From NCBI GenBank assembly GCA_010015805.1, contig ML978128.1, positions 248,001 to 312,000 on the forward strand: DNA of 64,000 nucleotides, in the 5' to 3' direction. The notes under the pieces are model-generated. The model did not search any database. It saw nothing but the letters and a program-made list of their open reading frames with translations, and was not told where the DNA came from. The translations under genes and the position numbers were made by a program. The DNA is from Rhizodiscina lignyota. Taxonomy: Eukaryota. Numbering within the stretch: the stretch's first letter is position 1; each line of letters opens with the position of its first letter. Below, piece after piece: positions 10,501 to 24,118 of the stretch.

Positions 10501-13351
10501 TGTGGTGAGGGCCGCTGGTGCGAGGCTATTGACACCCCGTTTGTAGGGAGTACCATCCACTACAACAGGCCAGTGACCAAGTGGGGATGACATATTATAA
10601 GCACAAATGAGGCCCGTAGTCTGTAGATAGCAGATAAACATAGCAACGATGCTTCAAAAGCGTCTAAGATGTGCAGCTTTGTCGTTTTGTGCCTATAGTA
10701 TCAGTTATCCGTAGCTGCTCCAAGTGAGGATGAAACCTCAACTGATCGCCGCAACTGATAACGCATGAGCCTCTGAGTCGTTGTAAATGGGTAACTCCAG
10801 TGCGCCATCATTGACAGGGAGCAACTCATTCTCGTTTCAAAGCCCTCTATCTCCTGGTGTGGAGCCTACGATCATGGATAGAGATGCCGTGCCTCCACCC
10901 ACCCGCCATTGCTACCAGTCAGGGACGCCTCCAGTTATGGTAGCATTGGCTGGGAATAGCTTGGAATGAACCAGAAGAGTCTAAATGCATTGCAACAACA
11001 TAGCGCGGCTCTGCCTGACCAACTTTAGGCACTCCAACTTACCGTCACAGGGTTTCGTTCTGTAGAGTCATAGCCCCCAGCACTCGCGAGCTCGGAGAAC
11101 ACCAAAGGTGTCCCAAATATAGCCTACAAGTCCTAAATAGCGCGCCTTGGTCCTTTCTAGTCGTATTAGCCATGTGATTCACTGTGGCTGGCTCTATGCG
11201 TCGGACCCCGGGCAGCGGACCTCCGGAATAGCTGTTTGACTTTAGGTATTGATGAGAGCTCCCCAACAATCGAACAACGACCAACTAGGGAACCAGAAAC
11301 AAAGTGTATGCCGCTTTTGAGACACTTGTTTGAGCCGTATCTGACCCAGTTTCCGCATGACTGCAGAAGAACAGTAAACCAGATTGGTTCCAGTGGCGTT
11401 GCGAAGACCTATTCGACGCGTTGGCGACAACAAACAGCCGAATTGCCTCCAACCTTCTCATGACAATTGCAGCGGCATGCAACTCCTGAAGTCGGACCTT
11501 ACTTCTCTATGAACAGCTGCGCGACAAGGAAAAAGTTGCCTTGCACGGTTGAACAGCTGTACCTTCGACGTCGAGGAGCAGCAACTACCAAGAATAAGAT
11601 ATCCAGAATGCTAGCAGTTGCGATTGCTGCTGGCAGCCTCCACAACCGCGCGACAGACGATTCCCACCTCCCGAATACAACGTTCTCTCAGAGCAAGAGC
11701 TGTTCAGCAGTACAATGCAAGGACCAAGCCCCAGCGCTTCAAACAGCGTGGCTGGATGTTGAAAGAGCACAGCCTGCCTTTGAGACACCGCATTGTGATA
11801 CATTGCGGTTGGGTCTGGGGGAACAGTTGCTGGAGTTGTCCATCGCGATACACAAACAACTGGCTTTGTTGGCACATTGCTTGCGGTATTTTAAATGGAG
11901 TTCTCCGCGAGGGGCCGGCAGTAGAAAAGCAACTGCACTGCCAGTGGAAGCCTTGCAACAGCGATGCGAGTGATCCAGAGACACCATTCGCCGTCCGATC
12001 TCTGATTCAAGATCGTTGGCTTTCGCAGTTCGGACGACGTTCGGTCACACCTTTGGCAGATACCACTGACCTGACGAGTTTTTCGAAGAACGAATGCGAA
12101 TGCCAGCCTTTCGAACACCTTTCCCTGGAACTCATTCGTTTGTACCACTGCTCGGTGTCGTCTGTTGAGGCAACGCATTCAGAATGTCGGTAGCAGCGCG
12201 AAATGGGCTGTCCAGGCTCTACACACTCTCCATAGCTCCTCGGCCGTCCCGTTCATTGGTCCTTCAGCATCCTTCGAAGACCTTCTCCTAGCAGTTCCGA
12301 TAACTATCACAGTCGCATGCTTTGATGGAGGGCATGAGGTGGATGCGATAACCCAGAGAAGAGACGTGGGGGCAACAATGGTTGAAGAGCTTCCAAACCG
12401 CAGTCCTCCTGTGTGGGAAGGACAGCATTGCTGGAGATGACAGAGATGTCCCCCCGCATGAATAGATATCGCCGAGCACCTTATGTGACAACAGTGTCTG
12501 GCCATGCTTTATTGCTTTGGGACAGTGTCGTACTATCGCCAAGTCCATCCAACCTACATCGAGACTGGTAGACGGTGCTTCCAAATTCCGCAGCGGTGCT
12601 CGTTGAGAAAGATACCCGAAGGCTCGAATATCGTCAATATGAAGGGCATAATGGGGAGAGCAGCACCTAAGGAGCAGGGAAAGGCCGACTCACGACGTGA
12701 GTAGAAGTCGAGCAGATTGGTGTGACGAGACGACATTGTTAAACCGAGGCGATTGGTGTTTGAGTGTGACCGCTGGAATTGCGGGTTTCTGCTGACGCAG
12801 CTCAGGCCTTTGAGGCATGAGAGGCATTGTTGCAGTCAACTGAGTTATCAGGAGGGATAACTTCGCAATTTGGGGTGAAAATGGTGGCCTGGTAGCTCCA
12901 CCAATGCTTGCATGGGCCGTTAGGAGACGTCGTAGGATGCCTCCATCCAGACAGCATCCATTCATGAATGGTAATCTCGAGTTCAGCCACTCGGTCGCCA
13001 GTCATAAAAAGTAAGGGCCCGGTCGGAGCTCTTTGAAGAACTCTCAAGTCTTTGCTACCAAGCACACAGGTCGTGTTGGTGAGGGGGCAATGCAGCTGTT
13101 GATGGCCGCTGAGCTGCGGCGCGTACAGAGGCTTGTCGCCGACCCCCATCGCAGTTGCTGGCGGCCGTGAGACTATCATGATGCCCCGTAATGTAGCTTC
13201 CTTCCCTTTCGTCACCTAACCTGTCCAGAATGCATGCCCCGAGTTCCCTCGGAAGTCCCCGAGCGAAGCGTCCTCTAGTGAGAGTTGGTCTGGTATGCCA
13301 AAGGTAGTCCGGGCTCCTGGATCCTTCAACGGGTCCTGGCAATGGAATGGT

Positions 13352-13400
13352 CTCCTGGGTGTCCCTGGATGTCCCTGGATGCCCCTGGATGCCCCGAATC
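13352..13400. repeat. 10-bp tandem minisatellite (GTCCCTGGAT/GCCCCTGGAT), about 4.5 copies
   Basis: tctcctgggt gtccctggat gtccctggat gcccctggat gccccgaatc read directly. Confidence 0.85.
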
Positions 13401-13821
13401 CCTCCAAACATGAATATTTCCCTGCGCAACTGCTGACTTGTTTTCGCAAGCAGGCACAGGTATCGAAGCGCATGTGGTGAGTGGTCCCCAAAAGATGAGG
13501 ATCAGGCAAGAATGAGACGACTAATAGAGAATAGAAAAGATACGAAAAGAGACTCAGACTTGGAATTCGACTGTATAACCGGTACTTTGAAAAACACTGA
13601 CGTTAATGAAGCAACAGGTGATTGGGATCCTGTGACAGACGAGAACGACCACGCACTTGAGTATTTTGGCAGTACGAAGGAAAGAGACACGAGAGCAACG
13701 AATCGAGGGTTCGAATATCGCATGGGAAGAGCAAGGTCTTTCTAACAGAGTGCAGCTTGGGTGAAATTCGATAATGAGGTATCTATCGACGCCTCCACGC
13801 CGGGTATCCGAGGCCGTCTGA

Positions 13822-14722
13822 TCAGAAGAAGCGCCACCAGATGAAAATGATCATGATGAGGCCTAACGCGCCAATTGGCCCGTACTGTTTGACACATTAG
13901 TATTTATTTGGCGATTTGCCAATGCCATATATTCGCCACATATAAATTTCACACGCACCTGCTTGAGCAATAGCTCCCAATTGATCCTGACAGCAGCTTT
14001 CCTGTACTTCCTGCTGTCTTCCCTCAGACGTCCACTCATCTCTCCCATTCGCTCCAGGCTGTCGCCGCGGTACAGGAGATCCTCGATGTTCTTGGTCATC
14101 ACTTTCGTCACATCCTTCAACTCGTCGTTAAGCTTATCGAGGTTCTGCGTTGCTCGGCTATCCTGGTACGTCTTCTTTGTCCGCTGGATGAAGGTGTCGA
14201 ACTCGACAAAGGCGTATGGTCGGCATGTAGGGCTGAGGTACTGCTGCGAGGGGTAGGTAGTGGTGAATTCGGAGGCAAGATCGGAGAGGTAGGTGAAGGC
14301 GAGCTTGCGGGGGTAGGAGCGGTCGCAGATGCAGAGGAAGACGACCGAGTCTTGGATGGTGTAGCTGCCGCACGTCGTCAGCGATCAATCAGGCACACCC
14401 TCCTGCTTGATTAGTCTATGCAAGACGTACTGTATTGTGAATTGGCCGCTTTCTATAGTGGCCTGGGGCTCGCTGTTGCGGTTAACGCGTCGGAGAAGCT
14501 GCTTGACCTTGGTCTTGATGTCGACGAGTTCGGCCTCTGACTGAGTCAAGATTAGTTGTACTCATCTCGCCAGTCGCTCATCCACAGCTCGAGCTACCTG
14601 TTCATCATCTACAGACGCAGCCAGGACAAGACCTGATGGTCAGTTAGCCTACGTTGTCGTGGGTGAGCTGTCGACGGGACTGGCTGACCGTCCAGGCGCG
14701 CAATCTGCGTGGACCTGATCAT
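13822..14722 (-). CDS. SEC22: R-SNARE Sec22 (longin + SNARE + C-terminal transmembrane segment), 5 exons
   Basis: Spliced product MIRSTQIARLDGLVLAASVDDEQ...YPRKLAFTYL...RPYAFVEFDTFIQ...VMTKNIEDLLYRGDSLE...YGPIGALGLIMIIFIWWRFF*; four GT-AG introns with branch sites. Confidence 0.96.
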
Positions 14723-16237
14723 GTTGAGCGACAGCTGCGATCTCTGACATGAAGACAGAGGCAAGGCGAGGTCAGAAAGGTGTTCTCAAGTCATCAAGGT
14801 TGAGGATACGTGTTGTCCGGCGGTGGGTGTGGTGGAGTTTTTGGATCGAGGTCCGGGGTGAGAGTCGTTGCTGCCAAAAATGGAACTAGGGACTATCCTA
14901 GGGAGACCCGCCCGATGGGAATCGCCGCATCACAGCCAGGCCACAGACGACGCCATCTCGTCTGAAGAGAGGTATATGGACCTTGGATCGGCTCTATATA
15001 GGTGGTCGAGCAGACAGATTGGCAACAGATATGCATACTTCCACAGGGCATTCAAATACCGGCTTGGGGCGCATACAGTGGGCGCGCGCCGGACACTTCC
15101 ACTCCCATCCGCCTAGGACGGTCACCGCAATATCAACCTGAGAGCGGCCCTGTTACGATCTCGCTCTCCTTTGGACAGTGTATTGAGCTACCTCAGCTCG
15201 CATCAGTCTATCGGAGCCTCCTTCAAGCCGTCCTGATCTCCTCTGATCTGAGACGCGGTGGCCCTGTGGCCTTGTGACCTGGCCAACAAGCATTCACGAC
15301 CTGCGTCCTATTTAAGCAATCAAACACATCGCAGCCCTTACGCGTTTGCAGCCTCTTCGAGTTCTAGTCGCGGCCAAGCTCGAAGCAGCTGTTCTCTCAT
15401 CGACACGACTGGAGGATCTACTTGGGAAGGAAACCTTTGCCCACCACTGCATCGTCGCTCTGCCGTCCATTTCTGGTCAGTGCAACGTGCCAGGGAGCGA
15501 CGCTCTGGGCTACGGCTCGTTCCAGAACGAGCAGAACAAACATATTCGGTCTCCCGACATTGCTGCAAAACGTGGCTGTTGATTTCCAACTGGTTTTTGG
15601 CAGCCTTCACAGTCAGCACAGCTGCCAGAGCCAATTGCCATCAGCAATCAAAGTTCTGAAGCATTAAAAAGTCCACAATATCAAGTCAACATTCACCCTG
15701 GTGTACGTTGCGGGCTCTGCGTCAACCACTGCGGAGCCCACTGCAGAGCACTTCTCCGCCGTTGATACTGGCGTTCCAGGAGCGCCATCTCTTCTCAGCC
15801 GTCACTACAGCGATCCTCCAGCGATAAAACAAGCGTTCGCTTCACTTGTTTGTAATAACAACACTATATCAACAGCGCTACGTGATACGCCAACTACTTG
15901 ACCACAACAAGAAGTCACGTGCCCCCCCGAGCTTGAGTAGGCGTGTTCACAAGATCGGCTGTCCTCTAGCCTCCTACTATTTCACAACATCGGGAATACA
16001 ATCCATCTCCTTCATCTGGAACGGCTTGCGCTGTGGATCTTACACTCGTCCAATCAACAGCCTAACTCGCATACACCGAAGCTTTCGTCACTGCTTCTCA
16101 CACCACTCGATAACACAATTTCAGTGAGATCTCGAGGACAAAGCACAGCTGCAACCATCAAACGCAGAGATTCTGCTAGTATTCTTGCACTAACAACCAA
16201 TCTTCCTGTTATTCAACCCTCCCAGCCTACTCCAACA

Positions 16238-17143
16238 ATGTCTGCCCAGAAGCAATCTCGCGAATCCAGCCCTCTCTCAAGCGTTCCCAGCAGGGTCGAC
16301 ACACCATCTCCTACTGGTTTGCGTAGTCAACTAGACACCATGGAGTCAACAGCACAGAGTTCCGCAAAGGGCTTCGACTCGGACGTTGAAGACGAGTGGG
16401 ACGACGACGTTTTCACGGACGATCTTGCCAAAACCGCGTCCGCTGCTGCTGATATTATGACGGACAAGGCTCCAATCCCAGATATAGATGGTGCCGATGA
16501 TGGCTTCGCAGAGCAAGACATTGCACGCGCAATAGCCGAGTCCCTTGGCCAGGGCCACACCAGCGCCGGCGAGGCTTCCAACACTAATTCGAAAAAGCGT
16601 GCCCTCTCCATTCCCTCTGTCGACCAGCCCCTCGATGCCCCTGTCGTCTCCTCGTCGAAGATTAGGTCTATTGACCCCCGCCCGATATCCAAGGTAGCCA
16701 AGACGCGCAAAGTCACGTCGCTCACTACCTGGGAGCACTCACCCGTCGCCAAGGTCAAGTTGCACAAGATGCTCCGCAGCCCTCGTGCTTGGCGTTCCCT
16801 CACGCTTCCGCAGCAGCAGTCCCTCGCCAAGAAGTTGCAGAACAATCCTCCCGTCGTCAGCACAAATGGCCACTCGACGCACAACGTCATGCTCGACGCG
16901 CTCATGAGTAATGACTCGCTGCGTACGGACGTGCGTGAATGGCAGGAGGGCCTCGCTCACGGGTTTGAGGATCCAGAGTGGATCCGTCAGGCCAGCGTGG
17001 CAATGGAGAAGAGAGCTCGTGGAGAGCTCGGAAGTGGCATCTGGGGAGAGGAGGATGATGAGAAGGAGGAGGAGGGCGAGGAGGAGAATGCCGTGGTAGG
17101 GGAGGGGCGGGAAGCATGGTGGAAGGATCCAAATTTGAAGTAA
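16238..17143 (+). CDS. Asx-homology (DEUBAD) domain protein with a UIM-like motif
   Basis: C-terminal MLRSPRAWRSLTLPQQQSLAKKL...NDSLRTDVREWQEGLAHGFEDPEWIRQASVAMEKRARG fits the fungal ASXH pattern; EQDIARAIAESL fits the UIM consensus. Confidence 0.75.
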   Translation: MSAQKQSRESSPLSSVPSRVDTPSPTGLRSQLDTMESTAQSSAKGFDSDVEDEWDDDVFTDDLAKTASAAADIMTDKAPIPDIDGADDGFAEQDIARAIAESLGQGHTSAGEASNTNSKKRALSIPSVDQPLDAPVVSSSKIRSIDPRPISKVAKTRKVTSLTTWEHSPVAKVKLHKMLRSPRAWRSLTLPQQQSLAKKLQNNPPVVSTNGHSTHNVMLDALMSNDSLRTDVREWQEGLAHGFEDPEWIRQASVAMEKRARGELGSGIWGEEDDEKEEEGEEENAVVGEGREAWWKDPNLK

Positions 17144-18314
17144 ATGAACGACGAATGCCTGATTTGACTAGTTTGGCGTGGCGTTTAGGACCGGAGTTAC
17201 AGGAACTTAGCATAGATACCCAATGAACTCAATAATGATGCTCTGCCTTAGACTTGAATAGACTTTCACTTTTGGATTAAAACGTGGTGAAGTGGCTGTT
17301 CATCCAGGACTATTGCCCATTCACAACTCATCCAAGCTGGCTAGAAGAATGATATTACGAGTCTAAAAAATATCTCAAGACCGCGCATGCCAGTTCAGAG
17401 GAATGTAATCTAGATTACTGCTCGAGGTTTTAGAGGCTTGTGTATCGGAAGGACGATACTAATGGTTCTCAACGACGAAATACTGCCTATCTACTTGTCT
17501 AGAAGAGACGGCCCGGGAAACATCCCAGCAGCTAGATTCCCTGTTCTATAGTAAACGGAAGTGGTAATTTTCGAGCACACATGACATGACTGTTATACAT
17601 ATAGCTTTGGGCGAATAACCTCTCCAAAGGCATTTGTTGCTTCCAAATACTCACAAATGCACAAGATCGAGTTCCGCAGGACGTCAAATGCTTCGACCAA
17701 GTACTGGGACTTTAGAAGTTGCTCAGAGCGATACAGCGAATAAGTGTAAGAGACAAACGCTTCGATAAAAGGTCTCTAGCAATCTTCCACAAGACAAGAC
17801 CTTGTCCACCAAGAACATAACGGGCTTCCTGAGTGACTCGAACATTAATGATCTTATGTAGCCGAAATCTAAGAGAGTACTGTGATCTATCCAGCTTAGA
17901 AAACAAACGTAAAGGACATATCCTCGATCATCAGACTCGTAAGAAATCGTCGTGATGCATGCACACTTGGGCAAAATTCGTGATGGGACTTGTGATTCGA
18001 TTGAGTTGATTGACTAAACTGAATATACGAGGGTTAAAGAAGTTATTTTCAAGCAACTCTGACTTCCTAAACTTGACGAGGGAAGAAAGGGACGCTACCC
18101 CAATATCAAAAGGTCTTTCTGGTGTCGTCGGCCGTCCTTGCTGCTTACATCAGCGTTCTAATGAACAGGTTTTCGGCTAATATCCGGCAATTCGTCGGTT
18201 GCTATACCAAGAGCAAGGACAAGCTCCACCATAAACGTCTTTGCCTGCACTCCGCAGAAACGTGTCACTATATTCTCACACAATCCTTTTCCAAGTCCAT
18301 TTGCTCTCTCCAAC

Positions 18315-19158
18315 ATGTCAGGCGCAGTAGAGCCTCCTGCGAAGCGTTCTCGCAGGACCAACAGTGCGGCGATGTGGGAGCAAAACTCAAACTCCGCACA
18401 AGCGAGGGATCGCGAACGCGCAACACCAGCACCAACAGAGAAGACAAAGGCTATTAAACGCGAGCGATCGCGTTCGAGAGACAGGCGAGATGGTAGGCGA
18501 GACCGCGATCGGGACTACAAGAACTCGCGCACTGGAGGTTTACGTGACAGGCCAAAGGACCGAGACGAGCGAGACATGCGCCGCGAGCGAAGTCGCAGTC
18601 CAGATAGGCGCCGTGGTGGTGGTGGTCGTGGTAAGTGTCATATCTATTGAGAGTACTGAGAACATCTCACAGCCTAATAGCCTCATAGGTGGCCCAAGAG
18701 ACCGCTCGAGATCGCCGCAGCGCGACGACAAGAGCAACTACAAGCGCACACGATCACCGCCGAGAGGCCCACGCTTAGACCGCATAGGAGACGGCCAACG
18801 CGGCCGCGATATCGAGCCACCACCTAAGAAGGATACGACCACCAATATGCCCAGTACGACTGGCCCTTCGGTGCCAACCTCAATAGAGCCGAGGAAGACA
18901 AAGTTGATGCCGAAGTCTCAAAAGGCTGACGGGGACGTGGTTATGGCAGATGGAGTGGAAGAAGAGGAGCACCAGACGGATTTGGAGGCCCTCGAGCTTA
19001 TAGGAAAGGTCATGGGCTTCGCAGGCTTCAGGACCACGAAGGACACGAAGATTCCTGGCAACGACAAGAACTACGGCATACACAAGGAAAAGAAGGCGAG
19101 CTACAGGCAGTACATGAACCGCACGGGAGGCTTCAACAGGCCACTCAGTCCCGGTTAA
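18315..19158 (+). CDS. SNRNP27: U4/U6.U5 tri-snRNP 27-kDa protein (DUF1777)
   Basis: RS-rich N-terminus; intron about 18631-18688; C-terminal MGFAGFRTTKDTKIPGN...YRQYMNRTGGFNRPLSP signature. Confidence 0.92.
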
Positions 19159-19588
19159 GTCACTACAGGAACTCTCTGATCATGGCTCTCTTTGGTACTT
19201 CTGGCGAGTTGACATGCATGGCGAAGGCGTTGGACAAGGGGGAATGAACACGAAACATCTGAACAAAAACGGTTCGGAACTATAGCCCACCGTATCTACT
19301 AGCTTCCCTTGAACATAGTCGTGTACACAGGGCCGTAAGAATACAAATGCTGGTGAATGCAAGCAATAGATTTCCTTCGTCGCCAAATGTGTGCACTTGT
19401 GTCAACTCCGCAAATTGAGCGTTCTGATTGGTTGTGAGCTCCCCCTTCTCCTTTGGGCAAGCGCAACGTCCAAGGATGTCACTGGCGCATACAACAGACG
19501 TGGTCTTAATGAGCCTCCGTCTCTAGAAATACTCGGTAGTGCTTCCAGCTCCCATTCGAGCGAAGTCCTCACATGTTGAGATAGCAGC

Positions 19589-22248
19589 ATGTTTCCTCGC
19601 ATCGCAGACCTGGGCCTGCTTTGCCTCATTTTTCCCATTCTGAGCTTATGGTCGAGCTTGGTTGTTGCAGATGCAGCAGCGGACGACTCGCTGGAGCTAG
19701 AGAAAGCCTCTAACAATTCGCTGCTATGGGGGCCATATAGGCCAAACCTTTACTTTGGCGTTCGTCCGAGAATACCTATGAGCCTACTGACTGGTCTCAT
19801 GTGGGCTCGGGTGGAAGACTACCAGTCTGTTCAAGAAAGTGCGCAGAGACTCGCCTCGAAAATAATGGATGTCTGCTAAATCTTGTACTAATTACAATGA
19901 TGATACAGACTTCCGACATACATGCGAACAGCACAACTCCATCCATGGCTACGGCTGGGATGCGTACGACGCGCGCCGCGGCGGCATTCAAACGATCCAT
20001 GACACTGGCAACGGCATCGACCTGACGACCACCTTCATTAAAGTACCCGACGCCGGCGAAAAAGGCGGACACTGGGGTGTGCGCATAAAGGGGACACCAC
20101 GGCACGAGGCGATAGATGATGTGAAGACTACAGTCATTTTTTATGCGGCGATGGAAGGCTTAGGGCTGCTCGAGCCTGTGGGATCTACGGTCGAAGGCGA
20201 TGGGACATACGGTGACGGCGTCGCTGGAGATGTAGAGTTTCAGGGCGAGAGCTCTGCATTAGGACCGTTCAAGATTACAATCAAAGAGGATAGGACAAAA
20301 GAAGGTCTGAACAAGCATCCAATTCATGGCCATGTGAGCGAGGACGAGAAGCCGTTGTTGAAAACATTCGTGAAGAGCATGGAAGTGCCAGTGTCTGCAC
20401 TATGGCAAACGACGCGTAAGTACCCGATTCTAGGACAATATCGACAGACAGTAGGATTTAAAGACTAACACAGTGCTTTGCTAGCCATCCTCTTCTCAAG
20501 CCTTAAGAATCAGATTGATCAATACGTGGAGAAATTCGGCCAAGACAATCTTCCACCCCCATACCAACTCTACACTATCCCGCATGAAGTCGGTAGAGGA
20601 AACCTCCATATGATCCAAAAAGTCTTTGAGGGCCCGTTTGAGTTTGACGTACTCTTCTCCTCTGAGTCAGCGAAGGAGCCGCTGACCTCTGAGATCCTAT
20701 CAGAGAAGGCAGCACAAGTACTCTCTGATTTCCGCGAGCGCCACGCAGAGATCTTGAAACCACAAGCGCCTTTCCAAGGCGAGAAGTATGAAGAGTTTTC
20801 AAGGTCTCTCTTGTCAAATTTGGTTGGTGGTATTGGGTACTTCTTTGGCGATTCGAAGGTCGACCGCACCTACGCACCCGAGTACGAAGAAGAAAATGAA
20901 GGCTTCTGGGAAGAGGCGGAAGACGCTAGACAGCGGGCTGAGATTCAGCTCGAAGGTCCAGTAGAGCTGTTCACAAGCGTGCCATCGAGACCCTTTTTCC
21001 CCCGAGGATTCCTGTGGGATGAAGGTTTCCACTTGCTACCAATCTTGGACTATGATGCAGATCTTGTCATGGATATTGTGAAGAGCTGGTTCAATCTGAT
21101 CGATGAAGACGGTTGGATTGCACGAGAGCAAATCCTTGGACCCGAAGCTCGCAGTAAAGTTCCGGCGGAATTTCAGATTCAATACCCTCACTACGCTAAT
21201 CCTCCGACATTGTTCTTCGTGCTCACGGCGCTTCTCGACAAGCTTGGGTCTGCAGACTCTACCAAAACGAAAGACAATTCGAGGCATCTCAGCAACCCTG
21301 ACGTGACCAAAGAATCTCTTCGACAGCTTTACCCTCTCCTTAAGCGTCACTACAACTGGTTCCGCCGAACACAAAAGGGGGACATCAAGTCGTACGACCG
21401 CAATGCCTTCTCAAGCAAAGAAGTATACCGATGGCGGGGACGAACACCAGCCCACATCCTGCCTTCCGGCATTGACGACTATCCCCGTGCGCAACCGCCT
21501 CACCCAGGGGAACTACACCTCGACGCTATATCGTGGGTCGGCTTGATGAACAAGGCGCTTAACCGCATCGCTTCCTTCCTCGGCGAAACCGACGACGTCA
21601 CCGAGCTGACGGGCCACGAGACCGCCATTGCGCACAACATCGACGACCTGCACTGGGACGAGGCGAAGAAGATGTATTGTGATTCGACCATTGACGATTT
21701 TGAGGAGGACGTGCATGTGTGCCATAAGGGTTACATCTCGCTGTTCCCGTTCATGACCGGCTTGATGGATCCGAAAGACAAAAAGATGGGCGCTGTTCTG
21801 GATCTGATCGCGGATCCGGAGGAGCTGTGGAGCGAGCACGGAATCAGGAGTTTGAGTAAGAGCAGTGAGTTTTATGGCACAGAGGAGAATTATTGGAGGA
21901 GCCCGGTGTGGATGAACATGAATTATCTGATTATAACGCAATTACTGGTAGGTATACCCTCTCGATCAGACCATGACTTGTTTCACTAACATGGCGCAGA
22001 ACGTTGCCCGAACGAGCGGCCCATACCAGAAGCAGGCGCTCAAGATGTACAATGAGCTCCGCAAGAACCTCGTCGAGACAGTTTTCAAGAGCTGGGAAGA
22101 AACCGGCTTCGCATGGGAGCAATATAACCCAGAGACGGGCGAGGGCCAGCGCACGCAGCATTTTACGGGATGGACGAGCTTAGTCGTCAAGGTCATGGCA
22201 ATGCCGGATCTATCAAAGGGCGTCGATCACATCAGGGATGAACTTTAG
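19589..22248 (+). CDS. CWH41: Mannosyl-oligosaccharide glucosidase I (GH63), 4 exons
   Basis: Signal peptide; [68 protein letters not shown]; ends RDEL (ER retention). Confidence 0.96.
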
Positions 22249-22418
22249 ATCAAAAGCAATTTTCCAAAGGTCTTAGAATCGAACACTGTTATTTGCGTGG
22301 CCCTCTATAAATTGATGCTATTGCCAGTACAGTGCTCGTTGATACCCAAATCCCTATTTCTATCAAGAAGCTGACAGATCAAGCTAGATGTCTATGTCTA
22401 TGTATAAGGCTGCAGCAA

Positions 22419-24118
22419 CTACAGTGTATATTTGAAATATGGGTTTTTATCCCCCTCATCTTTGAACTCGGCATCTAGATCCCGGCCTTCCTCTTCCGCC
22501 TTGCGTACTTGCTCCACTCTCTTGGTATTGGTGCGCCATAAGAGGAAAGCTTGTAGCACGGCGGTTACCATGCCAGCGCATGTGATAGATATCTCGAATA
22601 TGTATGCTGTTCGATAGAACGGCTTCTCTCGCGCGAGGAAGATATTCGAGCCGATGACTCCTCCGAGGCAATTACCGATAGTGAATTCTAAAATAAGGTC
22701 AGTAGTCTATCAGGGGAAAAAATTGCACAAGATTACTCACCAAGCGCCATACCAGCTGCACGCTTCCATTGCCCTGCCAAGTTATTCGACAGCCATGCCA
22801 CGAAAGCTGGTGTATTGGGAAAAAGTCCGCCAGCGATGAGGAACATGGAAAAATATACCACGCCTGGTTTCTCGATTGGCGATACCGTCAGTGCGATGAC
22901 AAACCCAGTCAGACTAGAACATAACGGCACGACAACGTGCGGGAATCGTATCATAAAATGATCTGCAGACAGAGCATTGACCAACGTGATGATACAGGCG
23001 TATACATAGACCGGGATGGTGAGCAGCTGCGCGTTTGCGGCGGTATAGCCAAGCTGGTTGATGACGGTTGGGAGGGAGAAGGAGATGGCGTATGTCCCGC
23101 ATGCGACGACGAAGAACATGAATGCTCCGAGCTGGGCGTGAGATGTTAGCTCCCTTGGTATGATACGCGACACCCTAAACGAGTAATTTGAGATACTCAC
23201 ATAGCACTTAGAGTCCGTGAATGCCTGCTTCACATACTTCCACTTGAACCCGCCTTCGGTGTATCCATCAGATTTTTCATGGCCATCAAACTCTGTAGAG
23301 TGCTAATGAGTATAACGCACTAGAGCCGGGGTGTAAAGGTACTTACGTAGTCGCAGGATGACATACCGCTTCTCCTCGTCTGTAAGCCACTTGACCTCTT
23401 GTGGAGTATCACTGATCAAAAAGTACGACGCGGTCGCAACGCAGATTGTCAGAAGACCCTCGAGAATGAAAATCCATCTCCAGCCATGGTATCCGCGAAT
23501 TCCATCCATGAATCCAATCCCATACGCCAGTAATCCAGAGAAAGAGCCCGCCAGAGACGCTGCGCAATAGAACGCAGCCACTCTGACCTGCAGCTCGTTT
23601 TTCCGATACCATGTAGTCGTGATATAAGTCGCTCCGGGAAACAGTCCAGCCTCTGCAACGCCCAGGAAGAATCTTGCAGCGAGGATTCCTGCGTAATTTT
23701 GTGTCCAGCCCATGCACATCATCGTTATGCCCCAGAACAGCATGATAAGCGAGAGCCAGAGGGACGGTCTGAGGAATTTGAGCATAAGGTTCGCGGGTAC
23801 TTCGAAGAAAGAGTATGGAAAGAAGAAGATTGTTAACGCCCAATTGTATTGTTGAGGCGAGAGTCCAAGGTCTGTTTCGAGGCCCAGAAGACGAGCGTTG
23901 CCGATATTGGTGCGGTCCATGTATGAAACAAGATAGAGCAGCGTCAGGATGGGCATAAGACGCAAATCAATCTTGCGGAGGAGCTTTTTCCTGCGCTGCT
24001 CATCGAACTTCTCGCAGAGTGCTTCATACTCTGCGCGCTCAGGCGCAACGAGTGGTTTGCTCTCTGCAAACTCGGTCTGCTCGAGGGCGGGCTTCTCGGC
24101 GATCTCCTTGTCTGACAT
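22419..24118 (-). CDS. MFS transporter, anion:cation symporter (DAL5/TNA1-like) family, multi-exon
   Basis: LLRKIDLRLMP, YMDRTNIGNA, FEVPANL, ARFFLGVAEAGLFPG, WYRKNE, GWRWIFILEG, AQLLTIPVY, WLSNNLAGQWKRA; C-terminus GDKNPYFKYTL*. Confidence 0.93.

Noticed and set aside
11467..12193. Overlapping 168- and 191-aa ORFs
   Set aside because: Non-ATG starts, Cys/Trp/Arg-rich random-like composition, no motif; covered under the gene-poor block
13512..13745. 77-aa + strand ORF next to SEC22
   Set aside because: Antisense to the probable SEC22 3' UTR; composition reflects the complement of a pyrimidine-rich UTR
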